Of a stretch of DNA of 64,000 nt, positions 38,313 to 48,189 are shown piece after piece. How positions within the stretch are numbered: the stretch's first letter is position 1; each line of letters begins with the position of its first letter. The translations under genes and the position numbers were made by a program. Source of the stretch: an uncultured Clostridium sp. GTDB lineage: Bacteria; Bacillota; Clostridia; Ch29. The stretch is from positions 692-64,691 of the forward strand of contig CAZVBE010000011.1 in assembly GCA_964625335.1 (NCBI GenBank), written 5' to 3'. The notes below the pieces were generated by a model. That model was given only the letters and a program-made list of their open reading frames with translations. It had not been told where the DNA came from and did not search any database.

Positions 38313-40647
38313 ACTAAAAATAGCCTACGGCAATAGCCGCTTCGCTAAGAAATGGTCAAACAAGACCATTACCTTCGATGAGCTTTGCAAACGCCTAGAA
38401 AATACTGTCCGCACTTCTGAGACGGTGGAGGAATACCCCCATCTCCCCAAAAAAGAGCGGGACGGGGTCAAAGACAAAGGCGGCTTTGTCGGGGGCTGGC
38501 TTAAAAATGGCAGGCGCAAGCGGGAAATGGTGGAATGCCGCTCGATGCTGACCCTTGATGGGGATAAAGTTGCTAAGGATTTTGTCAGCCATTACGAAAG
38601 GGATAACAAATACACTTCCTGCCTCTACTCCACTCATGGGCATACACCGGAGGAACCAAGGCTTAGGATTATTATTCCCCTTACCCGGGACATAACTTCA
38701 GACGAATATGCAGCGATTACCCGGTACTATGCATCTGACTGGGAAATTGACCAGTTTGATGAATGTTCCTATAGACCCCATCAGTTAATGTACTGGCCTA
38801 CAACACCATCCAACGGCGAGTATATATTCAAACGATTTGATGGTAAGTGGCTAGACCCGGATAAATATTTGGCAGAGCACCCGAACTGGCGAGACTGCTC
38901 CCAGCTTCCCACTTCTTCACGGGAAAGTGCAGTAATCAGCCATGAAGTTAAACACCAAGCCGATCCACTCTCAAAGGATGGAATCATTGGAGCCTTTAAC
39001 AATGCCTACTATCCTATTCAAACTTTAATAGAGTCGGAACTCTCCGATATATATGAGCCTGCTGAAGGTGGACGCTACGGTTATATCCCCGCTGACAGCA
39101 CAGCGGGCGTGGTGGTTTATGACGATAAGTTTGTGTACTCAAATCATGCCAGCGATCCCGCATATGCGCAGCTCCTTAATGCCTTTGACTTATATCGAGT
39201 TCACCGCTTTGGGCATCTGGAGGAAACAAAAAGTGTAAAAGCAATGCTCGATTACGCCCTAAATGATGAAGCTGTGAAAAGATGGCTGGCAAAAAAGCGA
39301 ATGGAAAAAGCAAAAGAAGAATTTGACGCAGTTATCTCTAGTGATGATAATTGGCAATCGCAGCTGGAGGTCGAAAAGAATGGCAAGGTAAAGGACACCC
39401 TCGATAACCTGGTAATCATCTTGGACAATGACCCGAATGTGGCTGTCGTGGGTTATAACGAACTTAAAAGCAGCCTGGATTTTCTCGCCAAGCCTGTGTG
39501 GGAGCCTATTAAATACCCAAGCTGGACCGATAATGACACCTCCCAGCTGCGAGTTTATTTAAGCAATATTTATGGCATCTATTCGCCGAATAAGACCCAA
39601 GACGCGTTAAATATGGTGGCGGCGAAACGCAAACATCATCCCATTCGCAAATACTTAAACTCCCTACCCCCTTGGGATGGAGCTCCTCGGGTAGAAACAT
39701 TGCTCATTGACTACTTAGGCGCTGATGACACTGCCTACGTAAGGGCTGTGACCCGAAAAACCATTGTGGCAGCAGTGGCTCGGATTTTTATACCAGGCAT
39801 TAAATTTGACAGTGTGCTGGTGATGGATGGCCCCCAGGAAAAAGGTAAAAGCACCTTGTTTAATAGGCTTGCCGGTGATGAATGGTTTAATGATGGCCTT
39901 ACCCTTACGGATATGCAGGATAAAGCCGGTGCTGAAAAACTACAGGGGTACTGGATTTTAGAAATCGGCGAATTAACCGGAATGCGAAAATCGGATATCG
40001 ATAGTGTGAAATCCTTTATCAGCAGGCGTGATGATAAGTATCGAGCCAGCTATGGGCGTGTGGTGGAAAGCCATCCTCGCCAATCAATAATCGTGGCCAC
40101 GGTCAACAGCACAGGTGGGTTTCTACGGGACCCTACGGGCAACAGGCGATTCTGGCCCGTAAAAACTCCCGGCGGAACGAAAAAACACTCTTGGGACATT
40201 ACCGAAGAAGACGTAAAGCAGATATGGGCGGAAGCCCTAGTTATGTGGAAAAAAGGCGAGAAGCTATATCTGGAAGGTTCTGTTAAGGAGATTGCTGTAA
40301 GGGAACAAAATGCCGCGCTTGAAACCGACCCAAGAGAAGGAATGGTGCGTGATTACCTAGAGAGGCTTTTACCAGAGAATTGGGCTGATTACGATATCGG
40401 GGCAAGAAGGTCATTTTTACATGGGACTGACTTTGGAAAGCCTGAGGAAGGCACGGTTGAAAGAGAGTTTGTGAGTCCTATGGAAATATGGGCTGAATGT
40501 TACGGTAAGGACCCTTCTCTCATTAAAAAAGCGGACAGCTACGAAATTGGCGTAGTACTTCGGAAGCTGGGATGGATATCAACGGAATCGCGAAAGCGCA
40601 TACCGATTTATGGGCTGCAACGCATGTGGGAGCGTGACAAGAATTAA
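38305..40647 (+). CDS. Phage DNA primase-polymerase / VirE (D5-like) helicase fusion
   Basis: An N-terminal bifunctional prim-pol-like domain is joined to a C-terminal VirE/P-loop NTPase (VLVMDGPQEKGKSTL). Confidence 0.7.
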   Translation: MYELKIAYGNSRFAKKWSNKTITFDELCKRLENTVRTSETVEEYPHLPKKERDGVKDKGGFVGGWLKNGRRKREMVECRSMLTLDGDKVAKDFVSHYERDNKYTSCLYSTHGHTPEEPRLRIIIPLTRDITSDEYAAITRYYASDWEIDQFDECSYRPHQLMYWPTTPSNGEYIFKRFDGKWLDPDKYLAEHPNWRDCSQLPTSSRESAVISHEVKHQADPLSKDGIIGAFNNAYYPIQTLIESELSDIYEPAEGGRYGYIPADSTAGVVVYDDKFVYSNHASDPAYAQLLNAFDLYRVHRFGHLEETKSVKAMLDYALNDEAVKRWLAKKRMEKAKEEFDAVISSDDNWQSQLEVEKNGKVKDTLDNLVIILDNDPNVAVVGYNELKSSLDFLAKPVWEPIKYPSWTDNDTSQLRVYLSNIYGIYSPNKTQDALNMVAAKRKHHPIRKYLNSLPPWDGAPRVETLLIDYLGADDTAYVRAVTRKTIVAAVARIFIPGIKFDSVLVMDGPQEKGKSTLFNRLAGDEWFNDGLTLTDMQDKAGAEKLQGYWILEIGELTGMRKSDIDSVKSFISRRDDKYRASYGRVVESHPRQSIIVATVNSTGGFLRDPTGNRRFWPVKTPGGTKKHSWDITEEDVKQIWAEALVMWKKGEKLYLEGSVKEIAVREQNAALETDPREGMVRDYLERLLPENWADYDIGARRSFLHGTDFGKPEEGTVEREFVSPMEIWAECYGKDPSLIKKADSYEIGVVLRKLGWISTESRKRIPIYGLQRMWERDKN

Positions 40648-40649
40648 AA

Positions 40650-40850
40650 CTTGTCACAACCTTAAAAACCCACTAAGCATGGGGTTTAGAGGGTATAGTG
40701 TGACAACTGTGACAGGATTACCCTATATATATTGTGAGTTATTTACTATATACACTATAGGGTCTATAAGGGTCTATATGGCCTATGTATTATATATAGA
40801 AACCTTGTCACAGGTGTCACACTTGTCACAAATTATTGGAGGCGCTTATG
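40650..40850. repeat. Origin-like region: inverted TGTGACA/TGTCACA repeat clusters flanking an AT-rich core with direct GGGTCTATA repeats
   Basis: gtgtgacaactgtgacagg lies at about 40698-40716 and ttgtcacaggtgtcacacttgtcacaa at about 40803-40829. They flank tatatatattgtgagttatttactatatacactatagggtctataagggtctatatgg. Confidence 0.5.
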
Positions 40851-41138
40851 AGAGAAAAAGCATTAGAACGAAAACTGGCAAAGGCGATTAAAGCAGCGGG
40901 AGGAATTGCACCTAAGCTTATCTGCCCTGGATTTGACGGGATGCCCGACCGCCTTGTGCTTTTACCGGAAGGAAAAATAGCTTTTGTGGAAGTGAAAGCT
41001 CCGGGCATGAAACCCCGCCCACTACAAGAAGCAAGGCACGAGCTGCTGCGGCGGCTTGGCTTTAAGGTATATGTTTTAGCTGATGAAAAGCAAATACAAG
41101 AGATGATCTCTGAAATTTTGGGAGGTGATGCCAGATGA
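40848..41138 (+). CDS. VRR-NUC domain nuclease
   Basis: LICPGFDGMPDRLVLLPEGKIAFVEVKAPG matches the VRR-NUC PD-(D/E)XK signature. An RBS GGAGG is present. Confidence 0.65.
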   Translation: MREKALERKLAKAIKAAGGIAPKLICPGFDGMPDRLVLLPEGKIAFVEVKAPGMKPRPLQEARHELLRRLGFKVYVLADEKQIQEMISEILGGDAR

Positions 41139-42504
41139 AGTTCATACCACACGATTACCAGCGGTATGCAACCGGGTACATTGAAAAGAATCCGATTGCA
41201 GCGGTATTTTTGGATATGGGCTTAGGTTAGGAAAGACCGCCCTTACACTAACAGCTTTAAATAACCTTCTGTTTGACAGTTTTGAGATACACAAAATCCT
41301 GATTATAGCGCCTTTGCGGGTTGCCAGAGATACATGGCCTGCAGAAATAGAAAAATGGGATCACCTGCAGGGACTAATATATTCAGTTGCTGTTGGCACT
41401 GAAGCAGAGCGCAAGACGGCACTAATGAAAAAAGCAGATATTTACATCATTAATCGTGAAAACGTTAAATGGTTTGTGGAAGATAGCTCTCTCCCCTTTG
41501 ACTTTGACACTGTGATTGTAGACGAGCTCTCATCCTTTAAGAATCACCAAGCAAAACGTTTCCGGTCGCTGATGAAAGTCCGGCCCCGGGTCAAAAGAAT
41601 CATCGGTCTTACCGGCACACCGGCAAGTAATGGTCTGATGGACTTATGGGCTGAGTTTAGATTGCTGGACTTGGGCCAGAGGCTGGGGAGGTTTATCGGC
41701 AGATACCGAGAGGACTACTTTGTACCGGATAAACGAAACCAGCAGATAGTATTTTCCTACAAACCAAAACCCGGTGCGGAAGAAGCCATCTACCGGCTCA
41801 TTTCAGATATCACCATCAGCATGAAGGGTTCAGACTATCTTAAACTTCCGGATTTGGTTGCAAACGAAGTGCTAGTCAAACTTTCTGAAAAGGAAATGGA
41901 AACCCTTGATGCTATGAAGCGAGATTTAATAACAACCATCCAGGGCGAGGAAATTACAGCGGCAAATGCGGCAGCCTTATCGGGAAAGCTTCTGCAGATG
42001 GCTAATGGTGCAGTCTATGATGAGCAGGGCGCAGTGGTTCATATACACGACCGCAAGCTGGATGCTTTAGAGGATTTAATTGAAGCTGCCAATGGGAAGC
42101 CGGTTTTAATTGCTTACTGGTTTAAACATGATCTGGCCCGAATTAAGGAGCGATTTTGTGTTGAAGCCCTAGATAGCACTGATTCGATAAAAAGATGGAA
42201 TAACGGTGAAATCCCTGTAGCAGTCGCCCATCCTGCTTCAGCCGGTCATGGACTGAATCTGCAAACCGGCGGCTCTACCCTTATCTGGTTTGGGCTAACT
42301 TGGAGCCTGGAGCTTTACCAGCAAACCAATGCCCGGCTTTGGCGGCAAGGGCAAAAGGATACTGTGGTTATTCACCACTTAATAGCTAAAGGCACAATAG
42401 ATGAGCGAGTGATGAAGGCCCTTAGAAATAAAGATAATACCCAGGCAGCACTAATCGATGCGGTTAAAGCAACATTTAAGGAGGGGAAAACTTATGTGCA
42501 TTAA
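41138..42504 (+). pseudogene. SNF2-family (DEAD/DEAH-like) helicase disrupted by 5-bp tandem duplication in Walker A (GLGKT) codons
   Basis: The N-terminal 30 codons (MKFIPHDYQRY...DMGLG) end at TAG 41228-30. The rest of the helicase (KTALTLTAL...DEL S..., motif VI QTNARLWRQGQ) continues in the +1 frame. The sequence ggcTTAGGTTAGGaaagacc contains duplicated TTAGG at 41222-41231. Confidence 0.75.
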
Positions 42505-42727
42505 CTGTTTTGCTTATAAAAGTGGCCAATGTAAAATTCTTAAAACCATGGAATGCAAAAACAATACTTGTTCATTCTTTAAAACCAAGGAAGAGCAAGA
42601 AGAAAGTCTTAATAAAGCATACACCCGTCTTGCTTCCCTTGATAAAGCGACTCAACAAAATATTGCAGACACCTATTATGAAGGCAAATTCCCTTGGTTG
42701 AAAGTTGGTGATGCTGATGAATATTAA
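42494..42727 (+). CDS. Small Cys-rich hypothetical phage protein
   Basis: MCINCFAYKSGQCKILKTMECKNNTC. An RBS AAGGAGG precedes ATG 42494. Confidence 0.4.
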   Translation: MCINCFAYKSGQCKILKTMECKNNTCSFFKTKEEQEESLNKAYTRLASLDKATQQNIADTYYEGKFPWLKVGDADEY

Positions 42728-43136
42728 AACATATCTTAACCAAGCGTATCGCATCGACCAAAGAATTAACAGCAAGCTAGAGCAGGTGCATTCATTACGT
42801 GAATTAGCATCCAGAGCCACAGCTACTATCAGCGATGATCCCCCAAAGGAAACCAGAAATTATCATCGTATGGAAGATATCATCTGCAAAATCATGGATT
42901 TAGAATCAGAAATAAATGCCGATATTGGTAAGTTAGTTGATTTGAAACGTAAAATTGTAGAACTAATAAAAGCTGTTTCCAATCCGGAATACCAAACTAT
43001 ACTGGAGCTTCGCTACCTATGCTTTAAGACCTGGGAGCAAATTGCGGTGGACATGCATTACAGCATCCATCATTTATATAAGTTGCATAATGCTGCCTTG
43101 GATGTTTGCGCAGGGCTTATGAAGCATGATACCTAA
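42720..43136 (+). CDS. Phage late-transcription regulator (ArpU/RinA-like, sigma-70 region-4-like)
   Basis: It is about 140 aa with a C-terminal WEQIAVDMHYSIHHLYKLHNAAL HTH. It sits immediately upstream of the HNH-TerS packaging module, as ArpU/RinA genes do. Confidence 0.45.
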   Translation, partial: NIKTYLNQAYRIDQRINSKLEQVHSLRELASRATATISDDPPKETRNYHRMEDIICKIMDLESEINADIGKLVDLKRKIVELIKAVSNPEYQTILELRYLCFKTWEQIAVDMHYSIHHLYKLHNAALDVCAGLMKHDT

Positions 43137-43253
43137 AGACACTAAATGATACCTGCAACTTGTGGTATGATTATAATAGCGAAATAGAATATCCAAAAGC
43201 CTTCGTGGAGAAATCTGCGGGGGCTTTTCTTATATCGAGATTGAGGTGAGAAA

Positions 43254-43628
43254 ATGCCAAGAAAGCCTAAACGGCCTTGTTCTTATCCCGGCTGCCCTGA
43301 ACTGACTGATGATAGATATTGTGAGCAGCATCAGAGCTTAGTTAATAAACAATACAACAAATACCAGCGTGACCCTGAATCTAACAAACGTTACGGTCGT
43401 TCTTGGAAGCGGATCAGGGATAGATACATTAAAACCCATCCTCTCTGCGAAGAGTGCCAAAGGCAAGGCAGGCTTACCCCTGCCGAAGAAGTGCATCACA
43501 TCATTCCTTTAGCTAATGGTGGTGGTAATAATAAGGAAAATCTAATGTCTCTTTGCAAAAGCTGTCACTCCCGTATCACTGCCCAAAGCGGTGACCGGTG
43601 GGGGAGGTCAAATCTCTACACCTTTTAA
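43254..43628 (+). CDS. HNH endonuclease (terminase-associated)
   Basis: The HNH motif is CEECQRQGRLTPAEEVHHIIPLANGGGNNKENLMSLCKSCH. It precedes the small terminase gene. Confidence 0.85.
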   Translation: MPRKPKRPCSYPGCPELTDDRYCEQHQSLVNKQYNKYQRDPESNKRYGRSWKRIRDRYIKTHPLCEECQRQGRLTPAEEVHHIIPLANGGGNNKENLMSLCKSCHSRITAQSGDRWGRSNLYTF

Positions 43629-43703
43629 AGCGGACAGCGGCGGGGGGCTTCGCGTGAAAAAACGCAGTTTCAAAGGGAGGAATAGGGCTAGTGGAAAAGT
43701 GAG

Positions 43704-44264
43704 GTGTGGTCATTGGCAAAGGACGGTACCAACAGAGGCGGTGCTCGAACCGGAGCAGGAGCAAAAAAGAAGGCACTGGCCGAAAAAATAGCCGAAGGAA
43801 ATCCCGGCGGCAGGAAGTTAACGGTTATGGAATTTACAAATACAGCGGATCTCAAAGGCCAGGAAATGCCGGAGCCTAATAAAATGCTGGAAGCTATACA
43901 AAAGGATGGCAAGGCACTGGTGGCGGGAGAAATATATAAAGCTACATGGATATGGCTGGATGAACGTGGCTGTTCTTCTCTTGTTTCCCCTCAGCTTCTT
44001 GAACGTTATGCCATGAGCGTAGCCAGGTGGATTCAATGCGAAGAAGCTATTACTGAATATGGTTTTTTAGCAAAGCATCCGACGACAGGAAACGCCATTC
44101 AAAGCCCCTATGTGGCAATGGGGCAAAACTATATGACCCAGACTAACCGTTTATGGTATGAGATTTTTCAAATCGTTAGAGAAAATTGTGTCGGTGAATA
44201 CAAAGGTGTAAATCCTCAAGATGATGTAATGGAGCGTCTACTCAGTGCCCGGCGGGGCAAATAA
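43704..44264 (+). CDS. Phage terminase small subunit, P27 family
   Basis: The N-terminal AKKKALAEKIAEGNPGGRKL and the overall pattern match P27-family TerS. Confidence 0.7.
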   Translation: MWSLAKDGTNRGGARTGAGAKKKALAEKIAEGNPGGRKLTVMEFTNTADLKGQEMPEPNKMLEAIQKDGKALVAGEIYKATWIWLDERGCSSLVSPQLLERYAMSVARWIQCEEAITEYGFLAKHPTTGNAIQSPYVAMGQNYMTQTNRLWYEIFQIVRENCVGEYKGVNPQDDVMERLLSARRGK

Positions 44265-44295
44265 ATACAGCAAATTAAAAAGGCGGTAGAAAAAT

Positions 44296-45696
44296 ATGCG
44301 GATGGAAAAATTGAAGATTGAAAAGCTTATCCCCGCCGAACATAACCCACGTAAAGATTTAAAGCCCGGTGATAAAGAATATGAGAAGTTAAAACGCTCT
44401 ATTTCTGAATTTGGCTATGTGGAGCCTGTTATCTGGAATAAACAGACCGGCAATGTGGTTGGTGGCCATCAAAGATTAAAAGTTTTAATAGATTTAGGGC
44501 TGACTGAAGTGGACTGTGTAGTAGTTGACCTAGATGAAACTCGTGAAAAAGCTTTATGTATTGCCCTTAATAAGATTCAAGGTGACTGGGATGAAGATAA
44601 GCTGGCAAATCTCATGGCAGAATTTGATGCAACTGACTTTGATGTCTCTCTTACCGGTTTTGATGATCAGGAGATCAGTGAACTATTGGGGCTAAAGGAA
44701 GAAGTTATAGAAGATGATTTTGACGGAGAGGCTCCCATTGAACCCATAACTAAGCTGGGTGATATCTGGCTTTTGGGGCAACAGCGCTTGCTTTGTGGTG
44801 ATTGTACTAACATAGAAGCTGTGGAAAAATTAATGGCCGGGGATAAAGCTAACTGTGTTATTACTTCTCCTCCCTACGCCATGCAAAGAAAAGATGACTA
44901 TGGTGGCATCCCTCCTGATGATTACCCTGCTTGGTTTTTAAGGGTAGCTCAAAATGTCTATCGGGTGCTGGATGACAGCGGGTCCTTTTTTGTAAACATT
45001 AAAGAACATGTGGAAAAGGGTCAGCGTTCCCTCTATGTATTTAAGACCATAATCGCTATGGCGGAAGCTGGCTGGCGATATGTAGACCAGCTTATCTGGA
45101 CTAAAATAGGGCTTCCCGGCGGCTGGCCTAATCGTTTAAGAAATGATTTTGAACCGGTACACTTTTTTACGAAGAAAGAGGAAATCGACTGGATGGTACA
45201 GTTTGTGGAAGCTGACGAAGATAAACTCAAAACAATATCTGTGGATTTAGTAGATATGTATGAAGACATCTTCCACTTTACCCGGTCTGAGAAGATTAAA
45301 TTTAAGCCTCGGGATGTGGGAAAAGTATCAGCTAAAATTCGGGTTTCCAGTAAAAACAATAAATCTAAAGGCAGATCCGGCAACATCAGCGTCAGCGGCA
45401 AGTTTAAAAAAGGAATCGCCAGAGCAGGTAATGTGCTGCAGATTCCGGGCAATCAGGATTCACTGAAGCACTCGGCGGTATTTCCGGTTAAGCTCCCGGC
45501 CTTCTTTATTAAGCTGACCACCGACACCGGGGATATGGTATATGAACCTTTTGCTGGTTCCGGTACTACGCTTATGGCAGCTGAACAGCTAGGCCGCAAA
45601 TGTTGTGCTGTTGAGCTTTCACCGGCCTACTGTGATCTTATAGTAAAACGCTGGGAAAGCTTCACTGGCGAAACTGCTAGAAAGCTGGAGGTGTGA
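44296..45696 (+). CDS. ParB-like nuclease N-terminal domain fused to beta-class amino DNA methyltransferase
   Basis: The ParB N-domain is LIPAEHNPRKDL...GGHQRLKV. MTase motif IV is ITSPPYAM and motif I is EPFAGSGTT. Confidence 0.8.
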   Translation: MRMEKLKIEKLIPAEHNPRKDLKPGDKEYEKLKRSISEFGYVEPVIWNKQTGNVVGGHQRLKVLIDLGLTEVDCVVVDLDETREKALCIALNKIQGDWDEDKLANLMAEFDATDFDVSLTGFDDQEISELLGLKEEVIEDDFDGEAPIEPITKLGDIWLLGQQRLLCGDCTNIEAVEKLMAGDKANCVITSPPYAMQRKDDYGGIPPDDYPAWFLRVAQNVYRVLDDSGSFFVNIKEHVEKGQRSLYVFKTIIAMAEAGWRYVDQLIWTKIGLPGGWPNRLRNDFEPVHFFTKKEEIDWMVQFVEADEDKLKTISVDLVDMYEDIFHFTRSEKIKFKPRDVGKVSAKIRVSSKNNKSKGRSGNISVSGKFKKGIARAGNVLQIPGNQDSLKHSAVFPVKLPAFFIKLTTDTGDMVYEPFAGSGTTLMAAEQLGRKCCAVELSPAYCDLIVKRWESFTGETARKLEV

Positions 45697-45697
45697 A

Positions 45698-46948
45698 ATG
45701 GAAAACATAATGAAATTGGAGCGAATACCAATAGATAAACTTAAAGCGGCTGAGCATAACCCAAGAAAAGATTTAAAGCCCGGGGATCCGGAATATGAGA
45801 AGCTTAAGCGTTCTATTCAAACCTTCGGTTATGTTGAACCGGTTTTATGGAACAAAAGAACAGGCAATATTATAGGCGGCCATCAGCGATTTAAAGTATT
45901 GGTTGAACTAGGCCAAAAAGAAATTGATTGCGTTGTTGTGGATATGAATTTAGCTGATGAAAAGGCACTAAACATCGCTTTAAATAAAATAAGCGGTGAC
46001 TGGGACAAAGATAAACTGATGCTTTTAATTGCGGACTTGCAAGGTTCAGATTTTGATGTATCCCTTACTGGTTTTGATTCTATTGAACTGGATGCTCTTT
46101 TTAAGGATTCTCTTAGGGAAGGCATTAAAGAGGATGACTTTGATGTAGAAGCAGAGCTTAAAAAACCTGCAGTTACTAAACTTGGGGATCTATGGCTTTT
46201 AGGAAAGCATCGTCTTATTTGCGGCGATTCAACTAAAGCTGAAATCTTTGAACTTTTGATGGATGGAAAACGGGCAAACCTAACTGTAACTGACCCTCCA
46301 TATAATGTCAATTATGAAGGAACTGCTGGTAAAATTAAAAACGACAATATGGGAAATAAAGCATTCTATGATTTTTTGCTCGCGGCCTTTAAAAATATTG
46401 AAACAGCGATGGCAAAGGATGCTTCTATTTATGTTTTCCATGCCGATACCGAAGGATTAAATTTTCGTAAGGCATTTACCGATGCGGGTTTTTATCTTTC
46501 CGGCACTTGTATCTGGAAAAAGCAGTCGTTGGTGCTCGGGCGCTCCCCCTACCAGTGGCAGCATGAGCCGGTGCTCTTTGGCTGGAAAAAGTCTGGTAAG
46601 CACAACTGGTATGCGGACCGCAAACAGACCACCGTTTGGGAATTTGAAAAGCCGAAAAAGAATGCAGACCATCCTACGATGAAGCCGGTAGCATTGGTGG
46701 CTTACCCCATTTTAAATTCAAGCTTGACTAATTGCATCGTGCTTGACCCTTTTGGCGGTTCGGGCAGCACTTTAATTGCCTGTGAGCAGACAGATAGGAT
46801 TTGCCATATGATCGAGCTTGATGAAAAGTTCTGCGATGTCATTGTTAAGCGCTATATTGAGCAGGTAGGAAACGATGATGGTGTATTTCTTTTAAGAAAT
46901 GGTGTCGAATATAGGCATCAAGATGTTTCGGGCCCAGATACTGCTTAA
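45698..46948 (+). CDS. ParB-like nuclease N-terminal domain fused to beta-class amino DNA methyltransferase (paralog 2)
   Basis: The ParB N-domain has IDKLKAAEHNPRKDL...GGHQRFKV. Motif IV is TDPPYNVNY and motif I is DPFGGSGST. It begins 1 nt after the paralog-1 stop. Confidence 0.8.
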   Translation: MENIMKLERIPIDKLKAAEHNPRKDLKPGDPEYEKLKRSIQTFGYVEPVLWNKRTGNIIGGHQRFKVLVELGQKEIDCVVVDMNLADEKALNIALNKISGDWDKDKLMLLIADLQGSDFDVSLTGFDSIELDALFKDSLREGIKEDDFDVEAELKKPAVTKLGDLWLLGKHRLICGDSTKAEIFELLMDGKRANLTVTDPPYNVNYEGTAGKIKNDNMGNKAFYDFLLAAFKNIETAMAKDASIYVFHADTEGLNFRKAFTDAGFYLSGTCIWKKQSLVLGRSPYQWQHEPVLFGWKKSGKHNWYADRKQTTVWEFEKPKKNADHPTMKPVALVAYPILNSSLTNCIVLDPFGGSGSTLIACEQTDRICHMIELDEKFCDVIVKRYIEQVGNDDGVFLLRNGVEYRHQDVSGPDTA

Positions 46949-47045
46949 TTTGCATATTTTAAAGGATATTACTCACATACCACTTGCTATTTACAAACTA
47001 AAGAGTGATATATGTTACTACCAAACACGAAAGGTGGTATGAAAA

Positions 47046-47831
47046 ATGAGGATTGAATACAATGTGACCGGCACGAAACGAAAAGAGTTAGTCAATGCTG
47101 TTAGCCAGGTATTGAGCGCTCCATCAAAATACCTAGGTGCCCCTACTTTTGCTTATGAAGTGGGCGGTTACAACATTGACAAGAACGGGGTGCTTGAAGG
47201 CGAGGATAGTCCAGGGCTGGTTGCCGACCTTTTAGGATTGCACGATTTTAAAGCGGTTAGCGAAAAATATGATGCTCCGCTTCCGGAGGCAGAACCGATT
47301 CCAGAGGATGTGCAAATTTCATGTGAAGCGGAAGTCGGAGACAGAATTAGTCCTTATAAGGACTCTGGCGAACCTGTCTTATATGACCCAGCACAGCAAG
47401 AAACCGATTCTTTGACCATCGAAATGCCAAGGTCAGGATTTTCGGATTTAGCCCTTGAAAATTTAAAGCGAGTGGTAGAAAGCAAGGAAACACTCATTAA
47501 GAAGGCATTAGACACTGATTCCATTCCGGTCATCATTGGAGAAGAAAAGATTATTTTCCCTTGGTTTTACGGGGAGTACAGTTCTGATGAAGTCAAAGCC
47601 TATAGCAATTTTATTGCCGCCCTTTGCGAAATGGCCAGGACGCAGAAAAGGGTTAATGCCACTGAAAAGGATGTCAATAATGAAAAGTATGCTTTTCGGT
47701 GTTTCCTCCTTCGCCTTGGTTTTATTGGTCCGGAATACAAGAAAGAGCGCAAAGTTCTTTTATCAAAACTTTCCGGAAGCAGCGCTTTCAAAAATGGGCA
47801 ACCAGCCTATGGGGAGGCTAAATCCCGATGA
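47046..47831 (+). CDS. Hypothetical phage protein sharing a ~40-aa C-terminal module with the downstream amidoligase
   Basis: The C-terminal NEKYAFRCFLLRLGFIGPEYKKERKVLLSKLSGSSAFK aligns with the amidoligase C-terminal NEKFAMRTYLNRIGLIGEEFANCREHLTAALTGSAAWR. Confidence 0.5.
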   Translation: MRIEYNVTGTKRKELVNAVSQVLSAPSKYLGAPTFAYEVGGYNIDKNGVLEGEDSPGLVADLLGLHDFKAVSEKYDAPLPEAEPIPEDVQISCEAEVGDRISPYKDSGEPVLYDPAQQETDSLTIEMPRSGFSDLALENLKRVVESKETLIKKALDTDSIPVIIGEEKIIFPWFYGEYSSDEVKAYSNFIAALCEMARTQKRVNATEKDVNNEKYAFRCFLLRLGFIGPEYKKERKVLLSKLSGSSAFKNGQPAYGEAKSR

Positions 47832-48052
47832 AAGAAATACACCCCGAAATGCTAAAACAACTTAAGAGTTACTACCCATCAGGCACAAGGGTTGTTCTTG
47901 TCAAAATGGATGACCCCTATACTAAGCTGACGCCCGGCGAAAAAGGCACTGTTACCGGTGTGGATGATATGGGAACTATTCATGTAAACTGGGATTCTGG
48001 CAGCTCCTTGGGAGTGGCTTTTGGTGAAGATATGTGCCGGAAAATTGATTAA
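47828..48052 (+). CDS. DUF4314 domain protein
   Basis: YPSGTRVVLVKMDDPYTKLTPGEKGTVTGVDDMGTIHVNWDSGSSLGV matches the DUF4314 pattern. Confidence 0.55.
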   Translation: MKEIHPEMLKQLKSYYPSGTRVVLVKMDDPYTKLTPGEKGTVTGVDDMGTIHVNWDSGSSLGVAFGEDMCRKID

Positions 48053-48189
48053 TAAACTACACAAAAACGGCTAAAAAATTGTGTAAATTATCTCGGAATT
48101 ATCGGATAATTGCCTTGCTATATATGCCTTTTAGAGTGATATATATACATACCCCGAGGGGAATACACACTTTAAAAGGAGCGAGGAGC

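Noticed and set aside
40610-40891. A 93-aa plus-strand ORF across the ori-like repeat region.
   Set aside because: It is a low-complexity translation of the AT-rich repeat DNA and overlaps the VRR-NUC start with no RBS. The region is better explained as non-coding ori or regulatory DNA.
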